DNA of 64,000 nucleotides, from the NCBI RefSeq assembly GCF_006345805.1, contig NC_043021.1, positions 7,998,001 to 8,062,000 of the forward strand. Reading direction: 5' to 3'. This DNA is from Octopus sinensis. Its lineage: Eukaryota. Within the stretch, counting starts at the first letter, position 1; each line of letters opens with the position of its first letter. Below the pieces are notes generated by a model that did no database searches, was not told the DNA's origin, and saw nothing but the letters and a program-made list of their open reading frames with translations. Made by a program: the position numbers and the translations under genes. Positions 1 to 12,745 of the stretch are shown in pieces.

Positions 1-80
1 TAACTACTGAGCCATGCACTCTAACCACTGAGGCATGCGCTCTAGCCACTGATCCATGCGCTCTAGCCACTGAGCCATGA
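1..80 (-). repeat. Tandem 21-bp repeat resembling a SINE/tRNA A-box head
   Basis: About four copies of ctcta(a/g)ccactgagccatgcg; the reverse complement (cgcatggctcagtggttagag) resembles a tRNA-SINE 5' end. Confidence 0.6.
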
Positions 81-164
81 GCCTGGGGAGAGGGGACAAA
101 TAAGATTTTCTGGGATCCACATTAGCAAAATGATGATTTGGGTCTGCAGTGTTATTAAATAATA

Positions 165-378
165 ATAATAATGAAATTATTGTATACAGTGCTCAGGTGC
201 GCCACAACTTGTCAGAAAGTGCGTATAAAGTATATGCAGTAATGTACAATGTCTGGAAAGCGAACATTGTATGAGTCAGATACATGCTTGCGTGTGTATG
301 GAGGGGAGAAAATCAGGTGTAGTGTTGGCGAATCTCAGAAAGCATGGAAGTTTTGAAGGATGCAGTGCTCTGACAACT
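165..378 (-). mobile_element. CR1/L2-like LINE 3' end with (ATT)n tail
   Basis: Minus strand reads ...SCQSTASFKTSMLSEIRQHYT*, then a short 3' UTR and an (ATT)n tail. Confidence 0.5.
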
Positions 379-621
379 GGGGATTCTAAGGGTCATTGAA
401 AAAATTTTGCTGGAGATGTATTTATAGCAAGGAACAGCTAGGTTTCTTTCTCTAACGTTATACATAGTTTAACCTGCACAAGTGTTTGCGTGATGAACAA
501 AATTGTTGTTTTGAAAGAAGTCTCTATAAAATTAGTTTTTAAGCACTGAATGGGGTTCACCAGAATAAAATAGTAATCAAAGGGATCTGTAGCTGAAAAA
601 CAAAATGGTTGAGAACCACTG
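378..621 (+). mobile_element. hAT (Charlie/Buster-type) non-autonomous element, right end
   Basis: Ends in ggttgagaaccactg (607-621), the reverse complement of the CAGTGGTTCTCAACC TIR also seen at 62785-63183. Confidence 0.6.
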
Positions 622-2004
622 GGTGAGGTGAATATATTATTGAGACATATGTTGTTTTACACCCAAATGCTCTTCCCCGACACTAACTTTGACCCGTTTC
701 CCAAATAAATGATTTCTTACTCCACATGTCTTTGAAGGCATGAAGCAAGTAGGCAGTCTTTTGACAGGAGGAACGACAACAACAACACCACTCACAGCAA
801 GTAATTTTTGTAGAGCTCAAAAGGTAAACAAACATATGCATGCACACACACACACACAGACGTGTGTATGTATGTATGCATGTATTTATGTGTGTATGTA
901 TGTAAGTATGTATGTATGTATGTGTGTGTATATATATATATATATATATAAAATAAAATAAATATAAGAGAGTGGTCACTATATGGCTCACTCTAGCACC
1001 AGTTAATCCAAAAGGTTTCAACCACAAAAATACATGTTTCCCATGAAAGTCAGTACGATTGTTAGCTCACACGGACAGGGCAAATAAAAAATAACAAAAA
1101 TACAGATTATTTTGGGACAATTGTTTCGCTATTAATGAATTAAATGTAATTTTACTTACAAAAAAATCCACTTGTAGCTCGTCAGCCAAAACTATCTGGA
1201 TGAAATCCACTCAATCACACGCCAGATTTTACCATAACGATAAATACGTCTGCCTCTGTAAATGTGAATGTGGTCTCCTTTTATATGCTACAGAAAAAAT
1301 CTGATTGGACAGATCTGTGGTGATGTCATCACTTGAAAATCCAGATGTTTACATGGAATTTCATTGGTCAGGTATTTGCTGATGTCATTACTGTGACAAA
1401 ATTCCTGTTGTTACTTACAAACAAGACTCGTGTTTAAGTCACAGTGTTGTCCTGCTACACTCTCTTAAAGCATAAATACACTGGGCAGTTGCCTAGGGAC
1501 ACCAAGGGTCTAGGAGCCATTGCTAACCTATATATGCCGTGGCTTGCTATCAAAAAGACAGATGCAAGAGATCCAGTGAATTTCTTTATGCAGGGGTCTA
1601 TAATACTGTCAAGACGGCACTAGTGTTTGGTAACTTAAACAGAAAAGTGTCTCCGTATATCATCAAAATTGGTAACCCTGTTTTTGATTGTTTTATTTTT
1701 ATTTTTAGGGGTGGTGGGACGGTGTTGATGGGCGAGGTATTTTGTTTGTTTTTTTCTTTATGCCAGCACAAAATATAGAAGAATATCATTACATAAGAAG
1801 AAAATGTTTCTCAAGTTAGATTTCCATCTTGGCTTTCTCACGATATGGAACTCACTTCTAGTTGTCATGGTGACTCATATATTCTTACACAAGAGCGCAA
1901 GCTAATAAGTTCCAGATTTCTCTATTTTTTTAAAACTCTTAATACATTATCTACAATGTTACCTTATCTGCAGAGATATTGTAACCATAGCTTATGCAAG
2001 AAAC

Positions 2005-2215
2005 TTGATGATGATGATGATGACGACAACGACGATGATGTTGATGATAATGATGACGATGATGATGATGATGATGATGAAAACGACGACAACAACAACG
2101 ATGACGATGATGATGATGAAAACGATGACAACAATGATGATGATAATGATGACAACGACGACGACAATGATGACGATGATGATGATGAAAACGACGACAA
2201 CAACAACGATGACAA

Positions 2216-2249
<34 letters not shown>

Positions 2250-2330
2250 GATGATGATGATGATGACGAGGAGGAGGAGGAGGAGGAGGAGAATGATGAT
2301 GATGATGATAATGATGATGACGATTGTCAT
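2005..2330. repeat. Compound (GAT/GAC/AAC/GGT/GAG)n microsatellite
   Basis: Direct inspection; explains the poly-D/M/H ORFs. Confidence 0.95.
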
Positions 2331-2337
2331 TTTCAGC

Positions 2338-2560
2338 GACATCGTTGTAATCATTTAATGTCTCTTTTCCAGGCTGACATGGGTTGGATGGGTCAATAGG
2401 CTCTGACAAATCAGAGGCCTGCATCTTGTATTGACGTCTACTTAGACACAGTTTATATTGCTGAATGCCATTACTAATGCCAACCACTTCAAAGGGCATT
2501 ACTGGGTGCCTTTTTTGTTTTTTCCATGGCACCAGCACTAGTGAGATTACCTTGCAACTT
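2338..2560 (-). mobile_element. RTE-LINE 3' end fragment
   Basis: catgggttggatgg...gatgcccttcctaacgccaacc-type motif; the same sequence adjoins RTE ORF2 at 44190-45540. Confidence 0.65.
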
Positions 2561-2804
2561 TTCAAGACTAAGAACCTAAAGTGGTCCCTATAACCTGAGG
2601 GAGAATAAAAGAAAGAGGGTACAATAATTCCAGTTAGGGTGATGAGGGAAAGTAAAGTAAGGTGGAGATGGTAGTGGAGAGAGTTACAGAGTGGACCCTA
2701 TTAGGAGAGGAAGTATTGGAGGAGGAAATGTGGAGAGCATAAAAGAGTAGACATTATGATTATCACAGCAGAAAGGGTAGGGATTGTTACTGTAATATAT
2801 TTAC

Positions 2805-3400
2805 CCTTGTAGGTGTGGCTGTGTGGTAAGAAGCTTGCTTCCCAACCATTTGGTTTTGGGTTCGGTCCCACTGTATGGCACCTTGGCCAAGTGTCTTCTA
2901 CTATTTCCTCGGGCCAACCAAAGCCTTGTGAGTGGATTTGGTAGATGGAAACTGAAAGGCAGCGAGCTGGCAGAAACGTTAGCACGTTCTGAGTTCAAAT
3001 TCCGCCGAGGTCGACTTTGCCTTTCATCCTTTCGGGGTTGATAAATTAAGTACCAGTTATGCACTGGGGTTGATGTATGCGACTTAATCTCTTTGTCTGT
3101 CCTTGTTTGTCCCCTCTAAGTTTAGCCCCTTATGGGCAATACAGAAATAGGAAACTGAAAGAAGCCCATCATGTGTGTGTGTGTCTTTGTGTATGTGTTT
3201 GTTCTTCTTCACCACTTGATAGCCAGTGATGGTGTGTTTACATCCCTGTAACTTAGCAGTTTGGCAAATGAGATCAATAACATAAGTATCAAGCTTAAAA
3301 AGAAATGTACTGAGGTTGATTCATTCAACAAAAAGTTCTTCAATGCTGTGCCCCAGCATGGCCACAGTCTAATAACTGAAACAATTAAAAGATAAAAGAT
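2805..3400 (+). mobile_element. Bipartite CORE-like tRNA SINE interrupted by a nested Nin-domain SINE
   Basis: A box tggctgtgtgg, B box ggttcggtccc, CORE-like ccttggccaagtgtctt; central microsatellite; 3' half ending ccagcatggccacagtc. Confidence 0.85.
2959..3149 (+). mobile_element. Nin/Deu-domain tRNA SINE (internally deleted) with 12-bp TSD
   Basis: gcctttcatcctttcggggttgataaattaagtaccag domain; flanked by ggaaactgaaag at 2947-2958 and 3150-3161. Confidence 0.85.
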
Positions 3401-3413
3401 AATTTAATAGCAT

Positions 3414-3800
3414 ACAGGCACAGGAGTGACTGTGTGGTAAGTAGCTTGTTTACCAACCACATGGTTCTGGGTTCAGTCCCGCTGCGTGGCACCTTGGACA
3501 AGTTTCTTCTACAATAGCCTCAGGCCGACCAAAACCTTGTGAGTGGTGTTGGTAGATGGAAACTGAAAGAAGCCCATTGTATATATATATGTGTGTGTGT
3601 GTCTGTCTGTCTCCCCACCATCACTTGACAACCGTTGTTGGTGTGTTCACATATCCGTAACTTAGTGGTTCGGCAAAAAAAGAGACAGATAGAATAAGTA
3701 CTAGACTTACAAAGAATAAGTCCTGGGGGGGGTCGATTTGTTCGACTAAAGGCGGTGCTCCAGCACGGCCGCAGTCAAATGACTGAAACGCGTAAAAGAA
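3414..3800 (+). mobile_element. Bipartite CORE-like SINE, full length
   Basis: Head, TA/TG microsatellite and tail matching the other copies. Confidence 0.85.
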
Positions 3801-3977
3801 AGAAAAGAAAAAAGCAAAAAAAAGAATACGCCATACTTTGTTGGGACCATCTTTTGCTGGAACTAAATATTACAGAAATACAAATGTATAGCTCAACTGC
3901 CACTGCCTGAATTCATACAAAACTTATAGGGGCAATGCTTATTTCTGTTTCCACAGGATTTTTTTTTTACTATGTAT

Positions 3978-4160
3978 GGGCGCAGGAGTAGCTGTGTGGT
4001 AAGTAGCTTGTCTACCAACCACATGGTTCGGGGTTCAGTCCCACTGCATGGCACCCTGGGCAAGTGTCTTCTACTATAGCCTCGGGCCGACCAAAGACTT
4101 GTGAGTGGATTTGTTAGACGGAATCTGAAAAGAAGCCCGTCGTATATATGTATATATATA
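3978..4160 (+). mobile_element. CORE-like SINE, 5' half
   Basis: ggcgcaggagtagctgtgtggtaagtagc...gaagcccgtcgtatata. Confidence 0.85.
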
Positions 4161-4297
4161 TACTAAGCAATAAGGGTTTAGCAACGAATTGCCTTACCAC
4201 ATACCGAATTTAGAAATAGCAGTCAAAGGGTTATAACTATTTCTGAAAAAACAAGTCAAAAATAGAAAATGCTAAAATAATTTTATAGTGAACATTT

Positions 4298-4335
4298 CAG
4301 TACCGGTTTCGGTCATTTTGAGACCTTTGCAACTG
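4298..4335 (-). ncRNA. Degenerate minimal hammerhead-like motif in a Penelope-like remnant
   Basis: Minus strand: cag-TTGCAAA-ggtc(tcaaaat)gacc-GAAAC-cg-GTA-ctg; stems I and II and palindromic stem III present, CUGANGA box with 3 mismatches. Confidence 0.45.
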
Positions 4336-4872
4336 TAACGATTAAATAATTAAATTTAGAAAAATTAGAAGAAAAGTTTTTTTAAAGGAATATTTCTATA
4401 GTAGTGTTCAGATATAAGTAGCATTCTGCCTTTCTCTGACTCCCTTGTTTGCACTTGTGTGTTGGGGGTCGTTGTGAGTTCTTGGTAGGGTAGTAGAGGA
4501 AGAAGGCTGATGAGGAAAGGGGGTAGGAGAATCTGGGAGTGCCCTGATGGTCGTATTTTGAATGGTCAGTGGCGGCTGGCAGTCGCAGTTCAATTCAGGA
4601 GAATATTTCTATTGAAAGGCTTGTTTATAGAATTTGCTTAGGTGTTATACTAAAAAACATTAGTGACAAAGTTAAGGGGTAGAAGGTGGAGAAGTAGAAG
4701 AAGAAGAAGAAGAAGAAGAGAAGAAGAAGAAGAAGATGACGATGTTGATGATGATGATGATGAAGAAGAAGAAGAAGGAGAAGGAGAAGATGACGATGAT
4801 GGTGATGGTGGTGATGGTTATGACGACGATGATGATGATAATGATGATGATGAAGAAGAAGAGGAAGAAGAA

Positions 4873-4904
<32 letters not shown>

Positions 4905-4914
<10 letters not shown>

Positions 4915-5355
4915 TGTGTGTGTGTGTGTGTTGTGTGTGGTGTTTGTGTGTCTGTGTTTGTCCCCCTAGCATTGCTTGACAACCGATGCTGGTGTGTTTA
5001 TGTCCCCCCGTTACTTAGCGGTTCGGCAAAAAAAGAGACCGATAGAATAAGTACTGGGCTTACATCTGCCGCTACGTTCTGAGTTCAAATTCCGCCGAGG
5101 TCGACTTTGCCTTTCATCCTTTCGGGGTCAATTAAATAAGTACCAGTTATGCACTGGGGTCGATGTAATCGACTTAGTCCCTTTGTCTGTCATTGTTTGT
5201 CCCCTCTATATTTAGCCCCTTGTGGGCAATAAAGAATTAAATAAGTACTGGGCTTACAAAAGAATAAGTTCCGGGGTCGAGTTGCTCGATCGACAAAAGG
5301 CGGTGCTCCAGCATGGCCGCAGTCAAATGACTGAAACAAGTAAAAGAGTAAAAGA
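4905..5355 (+). mobile_element. CORE-like SINE 3' half with a Nin-SINE fragment (about 5062-5238) inserted
   Basis: aataagtactgggcttaca occurs on both sides of the Nin-domain segment. Confidence 0.8.
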
Positions 5356-5719
5356 GTTAATATGATGTTTATTGTAATTCCTATGACTTTGCAGTAACAG
5401 CTGTCATTGCATGAGTGTGGAAAGTTGAATTAAATGTAATGTATATGCAAAAAGTTTGGAATGTTTGCATTCTACAAGACAAATATATATATAGTGAGCT
5501 ATTTGTTTACATATTGATGTCTGTATAGTTTTATGCACCCATACATGTGTGTGTATGTATAAGTATATATATTTATGTATGTATACTTAGTTCATTTTTG
5601 ATTCTTTCTATGTCAATTTATTACTTATAAGAGAACTGTTCTTCATTCTAACTCATGTTTTTTTTTTCCTGTATGTGAGTAACCAAAGGCTAATACCAGA
5701 ATGTATTCTAATCAAAATA

Positions 5720-5950
5720 AGCGAAATAGAAATTAAGTAATCCATGCTGGCATGGGTTGGACAGTTTGACCAGATCTGGCAAGTTGGAGAGCTGCACCAG
5801 GCTCCAGTCTGATTTGGTAGGGATTTTGTGACTGGATGCCCTTCCTAACACCAACCACTTTACAGAGTGTGCTTTTACGTGGCACCATATAGGTGGTTTT
5901 ATGTGACATTGCACAGGTGCTTTTAAGTGACACTGCAAGGGCATTTTCAC
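5720..5950 (-). mobile_element. RTE-LINE 3' end fragment
   Basis: ccatgctggcatgggttggac...ggatgcccttcctaacaccaacc. Confidence 0.7.
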
Positions 5951-5963
5951 CCTCATTTTAAAT

Positions 5964-6011
<48 letters not shown>

Positions 6012-6029
6012 TGTATGTATGTATATATA

Positions 6030-6424
6030 TATAGGCACAGGAGTGGCTGTGTGGTAAGTAGCTTGCTAACCAGCCACATGGTTCCGGGTTCAGTCCCACT
6101 GCGTGGCATCTTGGGCAAGTGTCTTCTGCTATAGCCTTGGGCTGACCAGCCTTGTGAGTGGATTTGGTAGACGGAAACTGAAAGAAGACTGTCGTATATA
6201 TGTATATATATGTATATGCATGTGTGTGTATGTGTTTGTCCCTCTAGCTTGACAACCGATGCTAGTGTGTTTACGTCCCCGTCACTTAGCGGTTCGGCAA
6301 AAGAGACCGATAGAATAAGTACTGGGCTTACAAAGAATAAGTCCCAGGGTCGATTTGCTCGACTAAAGGCGGTGCTCCAGCATGGCCGCAGTCAAATGAC
6401 TGAAACAAGTAAAAGAGTAAAAGA

Positions 6425-6425
<1 letters not shown>
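6030..6425 (+). mobile_element. Bipartite CORE-like SINE, full length
   Basis: Matches family consensus; (TAAAAGAG) tail. Confidence 0.9.
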
Positions 6426-6478
<53 letters not shown>

Positions 6479-6514
6479 ATATATATATACATATATATAT
6501 ATATAATATATATA

Positions 6515-6887
6515 TATTGGGTTGTCCGGAAAGTTCATTTCGATTTTTAAAGGAAAGAAAAGGTCAATAAATACTTGCCATTACATTTTTAATCAACCAA
6601 ATATGAACTATTTTGTTGCACAATGCGTCTCCATCTTTCCTTTAACTTGAAAATACCCTCTTCCCAGAATTGAGGTGGTTTCATGGCAAGGAATTCATCA
6701 AGGTATCTTTTTACATCATCCAAGGAATTGAAATTTTTACCATTAAGACTATTCTGCAGAGACCTGAATAAGTGGAAATCTGAAGGAGCAATATCTGGTG
6801 AATATGGAGAGTAGAGTAACACATCCCAGCCGAGCTGCAGCAATTTTTGTCTGGTTCCCAAAGAAACGTGTGGTCTTACATTAGCAC
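6515..6887 (-). mobile_element. Mariner transposase 3' relic with TIR
   Basis: QKLLQLGWDVLLYSPYSPDIAPSDFHLFRSLQNSL...RWRRIVQQNSSYLVD* carries the mariner YSPDLAP-D motif; TIR-like tattgggttgtccggaaagttc at about 6515; truncated by a SINE. Confidence 0.9.
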
Positions 6888-7320
6888 GACTGTGTAGTAA
6901 AAAGCTTGCTTCCCAACCACTTGGTTCCAAGTTCAGTCTTGCTGTATGGCATCTTGGGCAAGTGTCTTCTGCTACAGCTTTGGGCCAGCTAAAGCCTTGT
7001 GAGTAGATTTGGTAGTCGAAAACTGAAAGAAGCTCATCACATATATATGTATATATATGCATGCATGTGTGTGTGTGTGTGTGTAAGTGTAGGTGTGTGT
7101 ACCTTTTAGTCTGTGTTTGTGACCCCATCACCACTTGACAACTGGTGTTGGTGTATTTATGTCCCCATAACTTAGTGGTTCACCCAAAGAGACTGATGGA
7201 ATATGTACTAGGTTTAAAAATTAAAAACATAAACCCTGGAGTCAATTTGTTCGACTAAAACCCCTTCAAGGCAGTGCCCCAGCAAGGCCACAGTCTAATG
7301 ATTGAAATAAGTATAAGATA
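6888..7320 (+). mobile_element. Older CORE-like SINE copy inserted in the mariner relic
   Basis: Diverged head and tail of the bipartite family. Confidence 0.8.
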
Positions 7321-7391
7321 AAACATAAAGATATACACATGGCTTATCTCTGTATTTATTTGTCTTTTATATCATCTTAACTATTTTCAAT

Positions 7392-7582
7392 TCATTCAGA
7401 CTCCTGCTTTTTGGGGAAAGGTATGACCATCACAGCCCTTATTTCCTCACTTTCTCTTGCATCCTTGATGTGAATGAAATTGTAATGAACTGGTTCATTA
7501 ATCTCTGAATTCTCCCTAGAATGGTGAAAGTAAAATTTAGAATAAGGCTGCACTATTATTGCTTCTGTGATGATCTCCAAGC
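7392..7582 (-). CDS. Candidate terminal coding exon of an unidentified gene
   Basis: Acceptor ttttcgctgtag; open frame LEIITEAIIVQPYSKFYFHH...AVMVIPFPKKQESE*; AATAAA at 7355-7360; no homolog recognised. Confidence 0.4.
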
Positions 7583-9054
7583 CTACAGCGAAAACTTTAT
7601 ATTTTAAGTTAGCAAAAATTTAGTTTTTGTCAGTGCTTACAGCAGCAAGCCATTACATTCTCTAGTATCTATTTACAGCTGTGTTTCCCAAACTTCTTCA
7701 GACTACCATTTCTTTAAGAACATATATTTTACAGCCTCCTGACCCAACTCCTATACAGTTTGTTAAAAATGCTGTACTGAAAATTGAATTTTAACATTTA
7801 TTTTTATTCATGCACATTATTGTATAACCAAAAAAATATAATTTTACAAAATTACCTAAAATTACTTGATTTTATTTATGTTGAGTGTGGGCTTCGTTTT
7901 TGTGTGATTAATACCCACATCCAGCTCAATATTAGCAAGCAGCATCCTTGTATCACATCACCCCATTCAACTATTTATAATTAGTTTTTTGTTTACATCA
8001 GAAGGTCTACAATGGCCCTGATTCAACATTTAACTAAATATTTTTTCCACTATAGGTACAAGGCCTGAAATTTGGGTGGGGTTTGTTGATTACATCAACC
8101 CCAGTGCTCGCCTGGTACTTATTTTATTGTCCCTGAAAGAATTTGGTGAAATTTGGTCTCAGAATGAAAAGCCTGAGAAAATGTTGTTATGAATTTTGTC
8201 CTACATGTTAAAGATACTGCCAGCTTGCCACCTTACAATTCTTCAACTAAACGTGATGATAGAAACATAATTAGGAACTTTTTAATGACAGACCTTATTT
8301 CAGGATAAATTATTTGTTTTTTTTGGTACTACAACCAGAAATAGTGAGTCTGGTTCTTAAAAATGTGCTTCAATTTTTATTTTTTATTTTATTTTAAATT
8401 CAATAAATTCTAGTAAATGCACACTTGTTTTCTCAAAAGATTGAAAATGGATCTCAATCTCATTGTAGAGTCTTCATGGTGAAAATATCTTCAAATGTTA
8501 TGGAAAGCCTTTATGTAAGACTTACAGATAATGACAATATTTCTAAACATCATCATCATGTATTTCTGTCTTACCTTTAAGTGTATAAAGTAATAACTCT
8601 TTACATCCTAATCTGATTTTGAAAAAAAAACTAGGTTTTGAAATGAATGCACCTATAACTACTTCCATTTTAATCAAATTCATCTCATCTCATTGCAGAT
8701 ATAAAATCATTTTATTAAAGTTAAAATATAAACCTTACATATAAGCTATGTCATTTTAAAAATTTCTTAATCTTTTTGTTACCATATTTCTGTCAAAATA
8801 TATTATTCCACAGGTTTCCTTTCCCAGCTTCCGCCAGTGGGGCTAGACTGAAGGGTTGGTAAAAGGCCTGATGGTATAACAATTTTCACTGTTCAGTGAT
8901 TGCAGGCCCTTCATCTGGGATGCCACATGCTGTGACACCTTCTCCAGTTTAAAAAAATTGTCTGGTTTAAAAAACCACATCAGATGCCATAATGATGATA
9001 AAGTGTAGATACAGGAGGTGGTCAAACTCTGCATAAGGAGTAGACTACCACTAT

Positions 9055-9223
9055 GCATGCATGCATGTATGTATGTATGTATGTATGTATGTATGTATGT
9101 ATGTATGTATGTATGTATGTATGTATGTATGTATGTAGTGTGTGTGGTGTGTATGTATGTATGTATGTATGTATGTATGTATGTATGTATGTATGTATGT
9201 ATGTATGTATGTATGTATGTATG

Positions 9224-9255
<32 letters not shown>

Positions 9256-9567
9256 TGCATGCATGTATCTATGTATGTATATATGTATGTATGTGTGTAT
9301 GTATGTATGTCTGTATGTATCTATGTATGTATGTATATATGTATGTATGTGTGTGTATGTATGTGTGTATGTATGTATGTATGTATGTATCTATGTATGT
9401 ATGTATGTGTATGTGTATGTATGTATGTATGTATGTATGTATGTATGTATGTATGTATGTATGTATGTATCTATGTATGTATGTATATATGTATGTATGT
9501 ATGTATGTATGTGTGTATGTATGTATGTATGTATGTGTGTGTGTATGTATGTATGTATGTATGTATG

Positions 9568-9601
<34 letters not shown>

Positions 9602-9640
9602 TGCATGTATGTATGTATGTATGTATATGTATGTATGTAT
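9055..9640. repeat. (ATGT)n microsatellite array
   Basis: Direct inspection. Confidence 0.98.
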
Positions 9641-10385
9641 GTCTATAGAAGTTTGTGTAATGAAGCCATTTGAGGTAAATATATTAACTAATTAGCTTAA
9701 GATTTATCATAATCTAAGTTCACTAGGATAGTTTTGTGTTTTTGTTTCAATTAGTATTGAAAATAATGAAGAATTTAATTAAATAATTTTGTCATTGTAA
9801 AGTTTAGTGTTTTGGAACATAAATCACCATGAAACTTTGATGGATACTTTTAATTTAAATTTCTTTAAAACAGAAAGTTTGTATCATAGAACCAGAGGTG
9901 ATCTCAGGTGGGTTTATATCAAAAGCTATCTTGGATGAAAGCATCTTTATTTTCCAAGAATTCTAAAACTATCTTAAAACAGCTAGAAAAGCAACTTAGA
10001 CAAGCAGCCCTTTGACACCCAGAAACCTTCAGTGTGAAATAGTAACTGAATAAATTCTTCATTGTTTTGTTTGCATAGCTGTCTAAATAATATGTCATTG
10101 AGTTAATTATTTCTGATTTTGTTAATTACTGTAATGGCGTACTGCAATGAGCAATCATTAAGTGATTTTTTTTCTTTCTGCAACTAAATGTTGTCAATGA
10201 ATTTCACAATGTTCTGCTAATGTGTTCAACACATTGTAATGGTGGTTTTAGTCAAAGAAATCGACCCCAGGACTTATTCTTTGTAAGCCTAGTACTTATT
10301 CTATCGGTCTTTTTGCTGAACTGCTAAGTCACGGGGATGTAAACACACCGACATCAGTTGTCACGCAGTGGCGGGGGGGAGGGGG

Positions 10386-10880
10386 ACAAATACAGACACA
10401 AAGAACCCACTACACTCTTGGAGTGGTTGGCATTAGGAAGGGCATCCAGCTGTAGAGACATTGCCAAATCAGATTGGAGCCTGGTGCAGCCTCCTGTCCA
10501 ACCCATGCCAGCATGGAAAATGGATGTTAAATGACGATGATGATGACATATATATATATATATCATCATCATCATCATCATCATCGTTTAGCATCGGCTT
10601 TCCATGCTAGCATGGGTTGGATGGTTCAACTGGGGTCTGGGAAGCCAGAAGGCTGCACCAGGCCCAGTTTGATCTGGCAATGTTTCTACGGCTGGATGCC
10701 CTTCCTAACGCCAACCACTCCATGAGTGTAGTGGGTGCTTTTTACATGCCACCGGCACAGGTGCCAGACGAGTCTGGCAAACGGCCACGATCGGATGGTG
10801 CTTTTTATGTGCCACCGGCACGGGGGCCTGGCGAGGCTGGCAACGGTCACGAATGGATGGTGCGTTTTATGTGCCACCGG
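10386..10880. mobile_element. Two RTE-LINE 3' ends tail-to-tail (10386-10545 +, 10562-10880 -)
   Basis: Inverted copies of the ggaagggcatccagc...catggaaa..(GAT)n motif separated by (TA)n. Confidence 0.75.
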
Positions 10881-11029
10881 CACACAAAATAGGCTTCTTT
10901 CAGTTTCCATCTACCAAATCCACCCACAAGGCTTTGGTCAACCTGAGGCTATAGTAGGAGACACAGTGGGACTGAACCCAGAACCATGTGGTTAGGAAGC
11001 AAGCTTCTTACCACGCAGCCATGCCTGTT

Positions 11030-11680
11030 AGCAAATTCCTGGCAGACAATAACTTCTGAGCTATTTTCTCTTCATTTTTCATCTAAACATAAATTATTAG
11101 AAAGGCTTCATTCCTTAGCAGAGTCAATTCATCCAACTGTGATGAGGATTGGACCTTCCACAAAATATTCCATGTCTTTCATATCTTTGCCTGTTTTGTC
11201 AATTGATTGTTGTAGTGTATTATTGCACAAAGGAATTTTATTGATTGTCATTCCCTGTCTTATGCAACATGGTACACAGAACTTCACAAACAGCTGATAG
11301 GATCAATTATTCACCAATATTATGTGGCTTTCTAGATTTGTGAATCAGTAATGAAATTACGAAAGAGGCCTGTAACATGTCATTTTCTTGTATTGATGCA
11401 GATGAAAACGTATTTGATAACATTGGTTGTTTGCAAAAGCAGTCTTGAACTGCCTTAAAATAACATAAATCTTTATCTATTTGCCTCATAAACAGGAATA
11501 TTTTTCAAATGCTCCTCTAATCTTGAAGGTTTCATAGATTCATTGGGAAAACACTTTCTCAGAATAAATAAGCCATACTGGTCAGTAATAGTATGTTTGT
11601 AAGTGACAGGATAAAGCCAAATCTCAAACATCCAATACAACTCCATAACCATTTCTTCTTTGGATCTGCTATGGTTGTTT
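11030..11680 (-). mobile_element. hAT/Buster (ZBED5/ZBED8-like) transposase relic, N-terminal part
   Basis: Minus-strand fragments FPNESMKPSRLEEHLKNI, LQASFVISLLIHKSRKPHNIGE and KIPLCNNTLQQSID; stops and frameshifts. Confidence 0.85.
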
Positions 11681-11853
11681 CTATTAAAAGATTATTATTA
11701 TAAATGCATTAGGCTTCTTTCGGGTTCTGTCTACCAAAACTACTCACAAGTCTTTGATCAACCCAGGGTTATGGCAAGTGCCTTCAGCTATTGACCAGGC
11801 TAAACCAAAGACTTATTGATGGATTTGGTAAAGCAAACTGAAAGAAGCTCATC

Positions 11854-11891
<38 letters not shown>

Positions 11892-12469
11892 TGTGTGTAT
11901 GCATGCTTGTGTCTTCTTGTCTTGACATCACATGATAGTTGTGAGCTCTTCCGTTATGCAATTTCCAGTCTTCTGTGAAAACATGTCAGGCCAAGGGGAA
12001 ATATTAACCTTACCTGGAAAAATAGGTGAGAGATGGCAACAGGAAGGGCATCCAGTCGTAGAAAACCCAGCCTCAATAAATTCCATCTGACCCATGCAAA
12101 CATGGAAAAATAAATGTTAAAATGATGATGATACTGACGATGTCAACGTTGATGACAATAATGATGATAATGATAATGTTTATTATTATTATTTTTTTTT
12201 TATTATTACTTGCTGGACCTGTGAAAACTTCACAGAAAATTTTAAAATGTAAGCATTTGTAAATTGTGTGCTGGTGCCATGAGAAATATTTCTATATTGT
12301 GACAGTTACAGAATATAGAAAGAAGTGAGAAACCGATAACTATATAATCCAACCAAAATATCTTAGTTATGCAAACGTAAACAGAATTACTATTTAGCCT
12401 TAAAATACATTGTACATGTTCAAAGAACTTTCTTGGTTTAGTGGTATGGAACATTCTTCTGGTATTCTT

Positions 12470-12745
12470 TTATTCTCTTACTTGTTTCAGTCATTTGATG
12501 GTGGCCTTTAGTCGAAGAAATCGACCCCTGGACTTATTCCCTGTAAGCCTGGTGCTTATTCTATCAGTCTCTTCTGCCAAATAGCTAAGTTACAGGGACA
12601 CAAACACACCAACAAAAGGTTGTCAAGTGATGGTGGTGGCAGTGCGGGGACAAACACACACACAAATATATATATATATATATGATGGGCTTCTTTCAGT
12701 TTCCACTTACAAGTCTTTGGTCAGCCCGAGGCTATAGTAGAAGAC
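12470..12745 (-). mobile_element. CORE-like SINE, partial
   Basis: Reverse-complement tail and head segments. Confidence 0.75.

Noticed and set aside
3414-3500. tRNA genes
   Set aside because: A/B boxes belong to SINE heads; no cloverleaf or acceptor stem
6589-7134. 181-aa ORF as an intact SETMAR-like gene
   Set aside because: Chimera of a SINE reading frame and a mariner C-terminal fragment
8814-9058. Non-repeat segment with acceptor-like ttccacag and a 71-aa minus ORF
   Set aside because: No consistent frame or donor, and no recognisable protein
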